A stretch of DNA of 64,000 nt from Chrysomallon squamiferum. Its lineage: Eukaryota > Animalia > Mollusca. Below are positions 1 through 14,487 of this stretch, piece after piece. Made by a program: the position numbers and the translations under genes. Each line of letters starts with the position of its first letter. The stretch's first letter is position 1. The stretch spans positions 21,142,001-21,206,000 of the forward strand of contig CM022665.1 of the NCBI GenBank assembly GCA_012295275.1, written 5' to 3'. The notes beneath the pieces are model-generated. The model saw nothing but the letters and a program-made list of their open reading frames with translations, ran no database searches and had not been told where the DNA came from.

Positions 1-698
1 TAAAATAAAACGTTACCGAAAGAAAAACAATTGCTGTCTTCATTGTTGTTGTTTTTTGTCCACTAATCACGTAACTCACATCTTGCAGATAAATGGCCTC
101 ATCTGACCTACTTTTTATCAGTTAACCAATCGGAGTCGCGTCTTCTCATGTACATACATTCTGACCCTACCTTCTATAACAGCAGACAGTAGAAACGCAC
201 ATCTTAAACCAGATTATATTAAAAACAAAACTGAATGAATTAATTAATTAATTAACAAATAAATAAATAAATAAATAAAAATATAAACAAAAAAAACATG
301 TTAATAAATATTATCGATATGCATGTTCATTTAATTTCAACAAAAGAAACAGAAACTTTTTTTTTTAAATACAGTTTCACTAACGGAAAAGGGACATAAT
401 CGATAATTTTACATATTGAATCAGTCGTAGAATTACTGCCCTTTACAGAACGGAGGTCATCTGCTAGTATACTGAGTTCTGGTGAATTTCTTTTGTTTGC
501 AACTATATTCTCTCTGGAAGACAGATGGCAGTTATCTAAGAGCGTTATTATTTAAAAGTGACAAAACCATTACGGGACATAATTTCTTGTCATTTATTTA
601 TTTCCTATTTATTCTACTTCTTCTTCTTTTGTAATGATGACAAATTTAGAAAACATATCTCTGTCTCATCTCTGTTTCTCTTTATTTCTATCTCATTT

Positions 699-699
<1 letters not shown>

Positions 700-781
<82 letters not shown>
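700..781. repeat. (CT)n microsatellite
   Basis: Uninterrupted tc run. Confidence 0.95.
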
Positions 782-791
<10 letters not shown>

Positions 792-1164
792 CTCTTCATT
801 TCATTTTCTCTCTCGCTCTCCTCTCTGTCTCTTATTTTCAGTCTGTGTTTCTCTGTCTCTGCTTCTTTCTCTCTCTCGAACTGCCCATCTCTCTTTTTAT
901 ATGTCATTCTTTATCTCTCGCTCTGACTCTCTCTATCTCTGTTTGACTCACTCTCTTTACCTCTTTCTCGCTCTCACTCAAGGAAACATTAATTTTATTG
1001 AAACATTTGGCATCTAAGTAAACATACACGTAAATAAACAAAAAATAAAGACCAAATAGCAAAGATATAAACTTGAAAGAAAAAAACAACAAAACAACAT
1101 CATAAACAACAACAAATAAATAAAAACGGACATTCGTTATTTCCAACTAAAAACAGTAAAAGAG

Positions 1165-1680
1165 AATATTAATTTATCTATAAATATTAATTTATTTAAA
1201 AATATTAATTTATCTATAAATATTAATTTATCTTTAATATTAATTTATCTATAAATATTAATTTATCTATAACATTAATATATCTATAAACGTGTGGCGG
1301 CATAGGATAACCAGTCAGATGTCGCACAATGCAATTTTGAGTTACAGCTATTAATGCAGAGAAATGTTTTGTGAACAGACCTAATTCTCTGATACAAAAT
1401 CTGTAATTATTCTGAATGTTTTAATATGATTTGGATAATTTCAGAAAGTATTTAGATCTGTAGAATGTGGTTTATCTTATTCCATAAAAATCTGAATTTT
1501 TATCATTTTCACCATGTGACTGGTTATCCTATGCCACCACACAAATATTAAAGATTAATTTAGCTATAACTATTAATCATCTATAAATATTAATGTATCT
1601 AAAAATATTTATTTATTTATAAATATTGATTTATCAAAAAATATTAATTTGTCTACAAATATTAATTAAATTATTAATTT
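1165..1680. repeat. 18-bp AT-rich minisatellite (aatattaatttatctata)n, split by the MITE
   Basis: About 7 units at 1165-1290 and further, more diverged units at 1543-1680. Confidence 0.85.
1292..1542. mobile_element. MITE / non-autonomous DNA transposon with 30-bp terminal inverted repeats
   Basis: Left 1292-1321 gtgtggcggcataggataaccagtcagatg versus reverse complement of right 1513-1542 gtgtggtggcataggataaccagtcacatg (28/30 identical). No internal ORF. It interrupts an 18-bp tandem array. Possible AA/AAA target-site duplication. Confidence 0.85.
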
Positions 1681-1732
1681 CCGATTAGATTTTATTAAAC
1701 CTTTTGCAGCACTGTTTTGGTTTTTTTTTAAA

Positions 1733-1745
1733 TTTATTTATTTGT

Positions 1746-1831
<86 letters not shown>
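1733..1831. repeat. Compound (ATTT)n-(ATT)n microsatellite
   Basis: Directly visible. Confidence 0.9.
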
Positions 1832-2360
1832 TTGTCTGATCTTGCAAGATCAGATGTGAACAGTTAATAAAATAAAAGCATTTCAGTTCGATGAATATTT
1901 AAATAAACAGCATCAACAAAAAATAGCTTTGAACAGAATTATAGGGTGTCAAAAACAAATAGATAAATAAATAAAAAAAGAAAGAAACAAGAGAAAAAAT
2001 GGAATGCTCGTGTTTTCAGTTCAGTCAATAAAAATGAATTGTTATATATTTTATGAGAGTTTTACAACGAAACAGGGAGACAACTTCTGTAGATCTCTTA
2101 TCTTGGGATACTATTACGATACAGAATTGTGTTTATTGCTACCTGCACCCAAGGTAACATTAACTGTTGTTAATAATTCAGTTTAACTTACTGTTTCTTT
2201 CCGGTTTTTCTTTCTTTCTTTCTTTCTTTCTTTTCGTCTTTCTTTCTTTTCTAATTATTTCTTTTTGCTTTGTTTTATATTTGAGTCATAACTGCTCCTT
2301 TCCACGAATTATTTACGATTTAGCACAAGTAATGTTTTTTATTTGTGGCTTTTTGTTCAT

Positions 2361-2391
<31 letters not shown>

Positions 2392-3191
2392 TGTTTATTT
2401 ATTTATTTATTTATGTTTATATTTATTTATTTATTTATTTACTTATTTTTATTTTTTTCTATATTTACATCATTTGTTTGAAAAGTTAATTTTGAAAGTA
2501 ATTTTCTTTCCTTCTCTTTCCTCTTTCTTTCCTCTTTCTTTCTTCTTTCTTTCTTTTTTTCATTTCCTTTTTGCCCGCTTTTTTTTTTCCTTTTTCTTTT
2601 CTTTCCTTTTTTCTTTTTAAAGTGTTTTAACTCTACCACTTTTTAGATCTTTAATTATATTTCTACGTACTCTCCTCCTTCCAGTATGAGGTCCAACCTC
2701 TTTTCATTCAGTCAAACCCTATCAGCAATAAAAAAACAAGTATGTTCTAACACATTAAACGTTTACAAACTTTTCATTTTCAAATTCTTTTCTACAAACA
2801 CACGTTTCCGTGCTGTAAAATTAAATAAGAAAAGAAAAAGAAGTCTGCAAACCAATCACCATAAACTGATGATAGAGCCAAGACCGCTTCAAGTAATCTA
2901 ATTTAAATTTTTATTGTGAAAGCGAAATGATAAAGGAAAGCCTTTTTAAAAATAATAATGTAGCACTCAGAGATGAAAAAAAAAAAAATAAACAAATAAA
3001 TAAAAAATTTAAAAATTTAAAAAAAAAAAAAAAATAAAAAAAAATAAAATAAAATAAAAATAGAAAAAGAAAAGGAATAATAATAATAAAGAAATAAATA
3101 AAAAATGTAGAAATAAATAGAAATAAAATGAAATCAAGAACAAGAACGAAAAAATAAATAAATAAATTCACACACAATAGATATATTTATT

Positions 3192-3243
<52 letters not shown>

Positions 3244-4474
3244 TCACATACACAAAATAAAACAAAAATAAAAAATAAAAACACAGTATTAATAAAACAA
3301 GAATATAAAAAGAAATATTTGAATTCGCACCGAAACGACCTAGCGAATGCTGATATTACGTACGGAGACACTGAGCGAGTTTATCTCCTGTGTAAAATAA
3401 AACCAGACAGAAATAAACGTTATTTGTCTGTCTCTCTCAATTCACTGCTATCGCTTGTCAAAAATATGTTGTGTATCTCTTCGGTCCTGTACAGTGTTTC
3501 TTTTTTTTACTTTATCTTCATTTCATGTTTCAGCCAGTTCTTAGTTACAAAAGTTGTAATGTATGATTTAAATAAGCAGTTTAAATATATTTGTAAACGT
3601 TTGTCTGTCTGTTACTACTTAAATATGCACGTGTGAAATGTGCGCGTGTATATGTCGCTGATTGCCAGATAGGTATAGTGCATGAGCAGTTGTGTTGTAT
3701 AAGTGTGTATGTATAACAGACAGATAGATAGATAGGTTGATAGATAGGCTGACACTGAGTCAGTCAGGCAGATAGATAGATAGATGGAGAATGTGTATAT
3801 TTGTGTATTTAGTTGCATTCATGTTTTTAATGCCTGTCTGCCTGTCTGTCTGTATGTATGCATGTAAAGGAATCAATATATACATATATATATATATATA
3901 AATAATTATTTGTCCGCATACTGTATATCTGTTATGTCGTCTCTTGCATTTATACTGAGACAAACAAATATAACATATTAAAATGTTACACAAAAACTGT
4001 GCAGACTGTAAAACGTGTTTCAGATCAGTACATGCCTGTAAACGACAGACTGATATCCAATTAAAAAATATTTCTTAAACAACCGTTACAGCTTATAGCG
4101 TGCATGCTACGACAACGCCCTGACGCAGTAGCCGTGAGAACCTCACGCAAGACGTCGACATGTTCAATTAGCACCAATCGCAATTCAAAGACCTCGTTTT
4201 GCACGTGTTGCACTATGAAGTTTCTTCTCGGGTAAATCCCACCCAGAAAGGCGCTTCCCGGCCGATGTCGTGACTTCTTCAATAGAAGTAAGGTGTGCAA
4301 AGTTTGGCGTAGATTGAACGTGTTAACGTTGTAGATGAATACGCCGGTGTATCGACGTTGTGATCAAATGTAACACGTAGATGTGACTCTCTGAGATATC
4401 AGAGAAGTTTCACCATCAAAACATTTTATTCTGTCAGACAGGAACTTTTTCATAAAGGAGTAAAAAAAAATTAT

Positions 4475-4506
<32 letters not shown>

Positions 4507-4914
4507 GAAAATAAAATAGTGTAAAAAAGAAAAAAAGAAAGAAAGTAAAATGAATGGAAGGAAGTAAGAAACGAAATTAGAAATAAAGAAAGAAACATCA
4601 AGAAAAAAGAAAGACAGAAAACAAAGAATAAATGAAAGAAAGAATAAAAGACAAAATTGGTTAAAATTACATTTTTATGTGGCCTTAATTTCAAATGGTT
4701 ACCAGTCTTTAATTATTAGCGATGGGAACAATACATTTTATCTGTTTGCTTCTTTCACATCCATTATTCACACTCTGCCACATTTATGTTCAGTCACATG
4801 CTTTCATACAGAACTTATATTCGCGCTGACACAAAAACACACACACACACACACAAATACACACATACCTAACAGTACACACTATTATACACAAAATTAT
4901 ATACTGACATAATA

Positions 4915-5275
4915 TCAGCCACACATACACCGACACCTATGGTACACACATATATACAGACACGTATCATGCACAAATGCACTGATACCTATCAGACACG
5001 TATATACTGACACCTATAAGACACATGTATACTGACACCTATCAGACAAACATATACTGACACCTATGGTACATACATATATACAAACACGTATCATGCA
5101 CAAATGCACTGATACCTATCAGACACGTATACACTGACACCTAAAAGACACATGTATACTGACACCTATCAGACAAACATATACTGACACCTATGGTACA
5201 CACATATATACTGACACCTGTCAGACAGATATAAGCCGACACCTATCAGACATACATACTGACAACACACTGACA
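4915..5275. repeat. Minisatellite of ~22-26-bp ctgacacctatcagacac-type units organised in a 127-bp higher-order repeat
   Basis: gacacctatggtac recurs at 4932, 5059 and 5186; the two intervening blocks are near-identical. Confidence 0.85.
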
Positions 5276-6024
5276 AAAGACATACGTCTTCGATCATATC
5301 ATTTAAACACTGACACGCATGGCTGACTCGGCGCTAGACACACGATTTTTCATGCTGCCACTTTGAACACAGACTGGTTTCTCGACAGAGCGTTACGTAT
5401 TGGTTACAATGATCCCCTCGCAAACAACGGGTAAAAAAAATAAAAAAAATAAAAACCCGTCACGTTGACAAAAGGGCCGGAAGAAATTGCTATCCTGACT
5501 TGGATCAGTTTACGTCAAGCATTGTTCGCATTTGGCAGAGTTACCGCCCTCCACAGCGCGGCAGGACTGAGTCTCAGTCGGTTAATAAACGAGAAACAAG
5601 GAGAAGAGACAAATTGTTGTGACCTTTTACCACGAAACGTACATGAAGTCTTACAAAACCATTTTAACTGAACGCTCTGTATGATGATGATGATGGTAAT
5701 GATGATTATGATGATGATGATGATGATGATAATAACGTTAATGACGAGAACAGAAGTAATGATGATGACGACAATAATAAAAATCATAAGTATATAAATA
5801 AATAAAAGCTACTACAAATTCCTTTAAAAATTCCTTTATACACATTTTGTAGGAAGGGGTCACCCAGTATCGCTATCAAGTTAAGAATAGGTTCACACTT
5901 AGTTAAATCTGCTGTTTTGTTCTGACCAACGCAGATAACCAATTTTTTTTTTTTTTTAAAGCATCAGTATTTTCTTTATAGATTTCCTTTGGTATTTTTT
6001 AATTTATGGTTTGTTTTCCCGGTA

Positions 6025-6096
<72 letters not shown>
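6025..6096. repeat. (ATCT)n microsatellite
   Basis: Directly visible. Confidence 0.95.
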
Positions 6097-6097
<1 letters not shown>

Positions 6098-6203
6098 CTA
6101 TAATATATGTAAGAAAAAATATAAAAATTAAGACCATCCTACTATTACGATCACCACCAATAACAACCTTACTATCTATCTGTCCTTAAATTTATTCATT
6201 CAT

Positions 6204-6262
<59 letters not shown>

Positions 6263-7202
6263 TATTTCATATTTCATATTCTTTGACTGCCGGCAGTAGT
6301 AAGTAATGGCACTTTTAGTAGTAGAACTGGTTTGTAGTAATAGTTGTAGGCTAGTAGTTGTACTGTTGTAGTAGTTATGATAATAACTGTGTAGTAGTAA
6401 TAGTGGTATTACTTGTAGCAGTAGTAATAGCAATAGTAGTAGAAGTGGTTGTCACTGTAGTAATAATAGTGGTAATAGTAGTAGTAGTTGTTGTTGTAGT
6501 CGTCGTTGTATTAATAGTGGTAGTAGTAATAGTGTTGTTAATTTCAACTTCAAAATGTTTTTAAAATAACGTGTTTTAACTCTTTTTAAATTTTTACCTG
6601 AAATAAACGAGTATTTCACAAGCTACCTGTATCAAGGTGAGACAAAAACACCTGCTCATTCAGGTGTCGTTGGTGTGACATTGTCACATGACACCTTTAC
6701 ACCTGTGACGTGACACAAACTTTGAATTCGACTGGAGTATTAATAACAACAATTTTAATTAAACCTGCTACTTTATCCTCAAGTTTTTGCAGTAAACGAA
6801 TTCATATGCATTATCCTGCCAAAAATTAAAACGTAACTTGAACGTAGAGAAACCATAAAATTATAATTAAGTGAAAGTTGTTATTTTTATAACTGAATAT
6901 AAGACACAAAGAGAAAGAGAGAGAGAGAGAAATAAAATAAAACTATGGTTGGCGATTTGTGACATCCCGTAGTATTTTAACTTGCTTTACTTAAGCGCGA
7001 AATTTAATTGAATCACCTTCATTTATCTTTTCCTTTTTATTATTATTATTATTATTATTTTAATTTATTTTAATTATTATTTTTTGTTATTAAAATTTAC
7101 TTTTGAAACGCTAAACAAAATCGAATAGTAATATTCTATAAATTGTGATAAATTGTGTGTATAAATATAAACAATGACACAGAAAGAAAGGGAAAGACAG
7201 AG

Positions 7203-7206
<4 letters not shown>

Positions 7207-7287
<81 letters not shown>
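7207..7287. repeat. (GA)n microsatellite
   Basis: Directly visible. Confidence 0.95.
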
Positions 7288-7291
<4 letters not shown>

Positions 7292-9917
7292 GAAAAAATT
7301 CAAAAAAGAGTTCAAAAAGAAATAACAACGACCGAAAGAAAAAAGGGAAAAGGAAAGACAAATGAGAAGGAAAATAAAAAGAATATAAAAACCATGGTTC
7401 AAACTTTTGTTTTCCAGTAAGTGTGAACTGGCTTGTATTAAGAGACTATCGATATTTCTCTGTTTGTTGACAGACTGACTTCTTTTTTTTTGGCGAAAAC
7501 AAATCGCTATTTATATGATCACTTACGTTATCACATTATTTTACCACGCATTTTTTTTTCTCTCTCCTATTTATATTTATTGTATTGTGTGCATATTTTT
7601 ATTTTTATTTTTATTTATTTATTTATTTTTTAATATCGTCAACGATTGCAGTGTATTCCATTTCTCAAAATAGTGGTGTTAGTAACATTATAATAGGTTT
7701 TCAGATTTAATTTAGGTTAATTTGTCATCGTTTTTTTTTATCACTTGACATTTATAGAGAAAGTTTGGGAGGGGCGGAAGTAACAGACAAATAAAGACTT
7801 CATGATGTAATACATCAATATTTTTATATATATATATATATATATAATTATAAAATTGTTGAATATCACAGTTATATTGTGAAAAGAGAAATATGTGTCT
7901 GTTTCAGTAAAGAAGAAATTACCAACGCCATATGTAACTCGCTGTCTATTATAACTTTGCCAATGTCGGGTTTTGAAATAAAAGCATGTTTTTATTTTGT
8001 ATTTTTTTTTTTTTTTACCGTCCTTTGCGATAAATCCGTGGATGTTCGCCTTCTCCGATGTTCAGCTGTGAATTAGGAAAGTATTTACTTTACTTCGCAG
8101 TAGTCTCGACTGTAAGAAGTTTTTTTGATGGCTTCACGCGCAACATGCCAAGCGGCTCTTTTTTATCGAGACAAAAGGCTGACTCAGCTGGTGAAAGACC
8201 AGTCTACGAAAAAAAAAAAAAAAAAAAAAATGGGAGGAGAATAAAATAAATTAAAAAAATAATAAAAAGAAATAAATAAATAATAAAAAGAAAAAATAAT
8301 CGAATATATATTGTAATTAATTACTTCTCACCTTTTATTTTTTAAACTTTTTTACTCTTCAGAAAAATGAGTTAATTTTGAATTCATTATTTCACGTTTT
8401 TAATCCAGTTTTTGCAGAAATGTCAGCACTGTGTTAAAATGTTTGTGGCCTTTTTTATCTCCTTCCTAAATTTACACAGATAATTAACTGTTTTTCGTAT
8501 TTTCTTAATATTTTTTCTTCTCTCTCTCTGAATTATAACAAATACGTAGGTGTCTTTTTAAGAATTGTTTGGTGAGATCTAATGTAACTTATCATAGATG
8601 CGGCGTATTAATGCAGTTAATTTAAAAATGGCCGATTTTTGAGTTTTGGTTGTGTTTTTCTTTTAAAAAGATTTATTTAATTATTTATTTATCTGTTTGT
8701 TTATTTGTATGTTTGTTTCATTTTATTTTATTTTATTTTATTCTTTTATTTATATGTTTGTTTATTTCATTATTTCTTTATGTTAAGTTGTTTTGTTTTG
8801 TTTGTTTGTTTACTAACTGGAGGCTGGGAGTTATTTGTCATATTACAACATTTTATTAAGTTTTAATGAATCACAAATCATGTTCTGAAAAAAATAATAT
8901 CATCTTTTGGATTTGGAATAAATTGGAGAAAAAATTTGTATTTTTTTTTTTATTATTTCCTTATTTATTTATTTTTTTTAGGAATTTTAACATCCAGATT
9001 AAGTGGTTATGCGAAATGAAAATTAATACGTTCAATTTAATTAAAAAACAATAATTATTTAAAACGGAAGTGAAAACGCTGCTTTCAGCGCCACCTTCTT
9101 CCTGTTATTATTTTGTAGTCGTTGACATACCCTGTGAAGTTTTCAAAATATATTAATCTCTTTGACCTTTTCATCATGTAAAGAGACACACCAGATCGTT
9201 CCATCTTTTTTTTAATTTTATTTATTTATTTATTTATTTTTGGTTTGTTTGTTTGTTTTGTTTGTTTGTTTATGTATGTATTTATTTTTATTTTTATTTT
9301 TTACTTGCTCTTCCGAAGCTTTTGATTTGTTCCTATTTGTTTTGGTTGCTTATCGACTGATTTTGGCCCGTTTATGGTTCGCTTTGTTTTAAAACTTTAT
9401 TCAAATGTTTATAATCCTGATGGTTTGGTCTTTTCGTTCTTTCTCCCCAGATCTAAGCTGTTGATTTTGGTGGCGTTTATTGGCAGCTGGACAGAGGAAC
9501 AAGTCCAAGAAAAGAAGTTAGTTCCATCGCTGTTGCGTAACGGCATAAACTGATCACCGGAAACACACCTTTTGTAAATAGAGTAGTTGGTGCATCCAGA
9601 CTGAGTCTTTGTTACACTTCCTAACAACGTAAAGTGATGTATATACTTATTTGTTTATTTAATTAAATTAGTTGATTATTTTTTTTTTGTTTTGTTTTAT
9701 TCTGCTTTTCTTATACAAATGAAAACGGAGCACGTGGAAACAATGGCTGAGTAAAACGTGTGTGGCTGTTCACCTGGTAGAAGCTAGCTGATAAATCGCT
9801 CACATAATCAGAAACAAACCACTCACGTTTGACGCATCTGATTATGTGTTAGCTTTTTATTTTAAATCAAATTCCTCAGTAGTACTAGTAGTAGTAGCAG
9901 TAATAATAATAATAATA

Positions 9918-9957
<40 letters not shown>

Positions 9958-9984
9958 TAAAAATAACAACAACAACAACAATAA

Positions 9985-10019
<35 letters not shown>

Positions 10020-10754
10020 AATAAAATAAAATAAAATAAAATAAAATAAAAAAATAAAATAAAATAAAATGAAATAAAATAAATATATAAATAAATCAAA
10101 AGAAAAGAAAAGAAAAGAAAAAGAAGAAAAGAAAAGAGGAGAAAAGAAACCCGCATTTAAAACAAAAACTTGTTAATTCATAACCTGTAACTTGAACCAG
10201 AGTTTCCACTGTAAGATAATAATTCCCCGGGTGGGCTAACCCTTTCACCTAATAGCGGGTTGCCCGGTACACGACTCCCTTATCAAACCTCTAATTTAGT
10301 CACAGAGAGAATTATTCATTTATGCAAACAATTAATAAGAAAAGCTGAAGTGTTTAGAGAAAAGCAAACTATAGCTTGTTTTTTTAAGTGTATGAACCAC
10401 TAACAGAAGCTGTCAGCTAATGTACCAGAATGAAACGACTTCATAAACAGCGCGTACGATTTCGTGTCTCTGTTTCCCACAATTAGCGAGGTATTTTTTT
10501 AGAAAGTAGTCGCACCTAGATGGCAGGGGCATGCTGTGTTTAGAACCGCGCACACTTCATAAAACAGTGAAAGAGAAACTAGCGAGACACGCTTTTTCCA
10601 TTTGTTGATGAGCTGGCTGAATATTGGGGTTGGGGGTGGGGGTAGTGAGTTATACTGTCTGACAGGGTCACTGAGTTAAACTGAATTGTAAATAACAGTT
10701 ATTGTATCTACATCTCTACATCCGTATCCACAAATACTTATAATTATAGTGATT

Positions 10755-10769
10755 TCTCTCTCTCTCTCT

Positions 10770-10868
<99 letters not shown>

Positions 10869-10920
10869 TTGTCATCTGTAACTGTCGTATTTTGGGGTTT
10901 TGATTATCTATCTCTGTCTC

Positions 10921-11012
<92 letters not shown>
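10755..11012. repeat. Two (CT)n microsatellites separated by ~60 bp
   Basis: Runs at about 10755-10864 and 10925-11012. Confidence 0.95.
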
Positions 11013-11017
<5 letters not shown>

Positions 11018-11323
11018 GTCTATCTGTCTCTCACTCTCTCACTCTGTCTCTCTCTGTGACTCTCTCTTTCTATCTGTGTCTCTCTCTCTCTATCGTTTTC
11101 TCACTCTCTTTCATTCTTTCTGTCTCGCTCTCTTTCTTATTTTGGGGCTTATATCCTACATTCTTACAAGTATTAACTTATTTAACAAATGTAGATAATA
11201 ATCTCTGACTGTTACATTTTTCAATTCCGTGTTAGAAACCAGATTCACAGTATGAGAAAACCGTATGGTAACAGAGAGCTAAAAAATGGTAAAAAAATTA
11301 AAATAAAATAAAAGCATAAAAAG

Positions 11324-11381
<58 letters not shown>

Positions 11382-11521
11382 AAGAAAACCTTTAAAAATA
11401 AGAAGAAAGAAAAAACGAAAAAGAAATCTAAAAACGAAAATATCTTCAGGCTTACTTTATTTAGAATATTTTATGACGCATCCATCTTTGCGTGAGTGAT
11501 TAAATATCGTTAAGAAAAGAT

Positions 11522-11558
<37 letters not shown>

Positions 11559-11560
11559 TA

Positions 11561-11793
11561 TAATATAAAAAATATAAATAAATAAAAAATTCAAATAGAT
11601 AAAAATATAAAAGAAAAGAAAAATAAAGAAAAATATAAAAAAGAAAAGCAAAGTATAAGGCATAAAAGAAAAAAAGAGAAAAAAAAAAGAAAAAAGAATA
11701 ATATAAAAAATATAAATAAATAAAAAATACAAATAGATAAAAATATAAAAGAAAAATATAAAAAAGAAAAGCAAAGTATAAGGCATAAAAGAA
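11561..11793. repeat. Tandem duplication of a ~100-bp A-rich block
   Basis: 11561-11670 and 11699-11793 share aaatagataaaaatataaaagaaaa and aagaaaagcaaagtataaggcataaaagaa, differing by a ~15-nt indel. Confidence 0.8.
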
Positions 11794-14377
11794 GAAAAAA
11801 AAAAAAGAAACAGAAAGAAAAAAGAGAAAAAAAAAAAAAAAAATAAGAAAAATATAAAGAAGAAAAAAGAAAAGAAATAAAAGAAAACTTTGAAATGATT
11901 CGAACATGTTTTCTACGTAAGACTGCTTCAGGGCGTGCCCAGTCACGTGACCGGCAGCGTGGAGAGGGTGTTAAGAAAACCAACACTAGACTGGAACTGT
12001 TTGACTTGACGGTTCCGCCCAGAGAGTGTGAAAACAAACATAACATTTTCTTCTCGACTGCCCCGGACCAGTCAGCGTCGACTCTTTCTGTGTTAGCAAA
12101 AAGATGTTGCTGTGAACTGGTACGATTACATTTGAGGAAGAAGGCATCAAAGAAAAAGCGTTTGTTGTCAAATACTCTTAAAGAGGTTATAATGAAGGGA
12201 TTTTTTTACATGTACGTATCTTCAACTCCGTGATGGAATATGTAACATAGAACTCTGAATAAATGTTGTTAAAGAAAATGAAAAGGATTTTGTAAATTTG
12301 TTTTTAATTTTTTTTTTTTAATTTTTTAACCGACCTCCAGTGCAAGTTCTGTCGCCCTTGTGACGTAAATACCAATAGACTGGTATTAACATGGGATAAT
12401 TTACTTTTCTAACACCAGTATAATGTTTGCGAGTGCCCTTTCAGTTTTCTTTTTCGGGCGAACTCTGATGACCATGATTGTAAAGGGAGAGAACACGAAA
12501 CTAATTTGACTGATTCGAAAGCTCAGGGTGGAACAATCCAAAAACACTAAAAAAAAAAAAAAAAAAATAAATAATAATAATAATAATAATATAAAAAAAT
12601 AATAAAAATAAAGGAAAATAAATAAGAAAAAAAAAAGAAAGAAAAAAGAAGAGTAAAAAAGAGGTTTCTTTCTCAACAATGTTTGAATTTCTGCTTTATT
12701 CACGTCTTTTCTTTCTTTCTCCTTTTTTTCTTTTTTCCTTTTTATACAAGATTTCGTCTGTGAAATTTGATCTTTGATATTTTTTGTAGAACACACGCAA
12801 ACCAGACACATCACGGAGAATTGAAACCAGATTCTGTCTCGGTGTCAGTTAAAGGCAACATTGGTTTTTCTTTACCTTCGTGTCGCATCATTAAATAGTG
12901 TCAAATCTGAACGTGGTCGAAAATATACCATAATTATCTTTTAACACACAATAGTTAATTCTCGTATAGTTTTTGACAATAACCTGGATATAGTGTTTCT
13001 GTTCCATTATTTGAAATACAGTCATTTTTCATTTGGTGGGATTATACAGGGATTATACTCATATCGTGCTTACCGATTATTTGCAACATACAGGGCATAT
13101 TTACACAGGGAGTACAAAAAAAGAATTTTGAAATTGTTTTGTCGACGTGGTCGCCAAATCACGGTTGGTTACCAACGCCTACTGCAGCAGCACGACATAA
13201 ATTTATCACATGTCATTAAAACTCGATGTTAAAATATTCTTTAAAATTTTAAATTTCTTTTCAGAGGGGAATAAAATCTTGGAGGAACATTTCAAGTTGC
13301 ATTAGTGACCGACTAAGAAACTATAAAACATGAACAAAACCAAAGAGAAAATTATGTCATGTTTTATGTGATGTCGTATTATCAAGTTGTGTGGGATTAG
13401 GTAAGCGGGTGGGTACCCTGTAACGTTGTTTACTGTATAAACAGTGTGCATTGTCCAAATCAAAATACACGTCTGCTGTGATTTTCTTAGAAAATGAAAC
13501 AGGATACATTTTATACTTTGATAAACATTTCTTTATGCATATTACTACTACTACTTCTAATAATAATAATAATAATAATGATAATAATAATAATAATAAT
13601 AATAACAACAATAATAACAACAATAATAAAATTAATAATTATAATTAAAATTATAATAGTACATAAAAATAAATAAATTAAATTAATTAATTAATAAACA
13701 AATAAAGTAATCAAAAAATAAAAATAAATTTTTATATAGATAAAATAATAATAAAAAAAATATCCTAAAATTATACACCCACCGTTCCTTGAATTCTCGA
13801 ATTCCTGGATTCGTCCTGAATGTTTCTGATTTTTATTTTTTTATTTTTTTTATTTTTTTTAAAAGACGTTTTACAGGTCGTTCCTTTGCTAAAAGCAGTC
13901 GTAAAATGTGATACTGTTCTTGTGCTATTGATCACTCGATGTTTTTATGACGAGTGTTCTGATTTTTATATTTACGTGTGTGACATGTAACAATGTAAAT
14001 TTAAGTGCAATGTTAGTGCAGTAGGCAGTCTTCTGATACATGAGAAGAATACACGAAAAATCTCAGAGACATGACGAAACTTTTTTTAATTTTTTTCTTA
14101 TGTCCTTGTTGTTGTTGTTGATTTTGTTGTGTATATGTTTCTTTTTGACTTTTTAAATTTTTAATTTGATTAAGGATTTATTATTATTATTATTAAAAAT
14201 AGAAGATATATAGTTGTTTTGTACTCCAAACATTTCTATATGATAGACCTGTAAAATGAAATAATAATTGAAAAGTATTAATTAAGAAATAGAGAGACAA
14301 ATAATAAACGAAAAAATAACATAAAATAAAATAAAATAGAATAGATAACGAGACTGATAAACGGGCAGAAATATATT

Positions 14378-14487
<110 letters not shown>

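Noticed and set aside
4061-4300. 79-aa minus-strand ORF in a CpG-rich island
   Set aside because: Non-ATG start, no recognisable motif and no convincing pair of splice sites in any frame.
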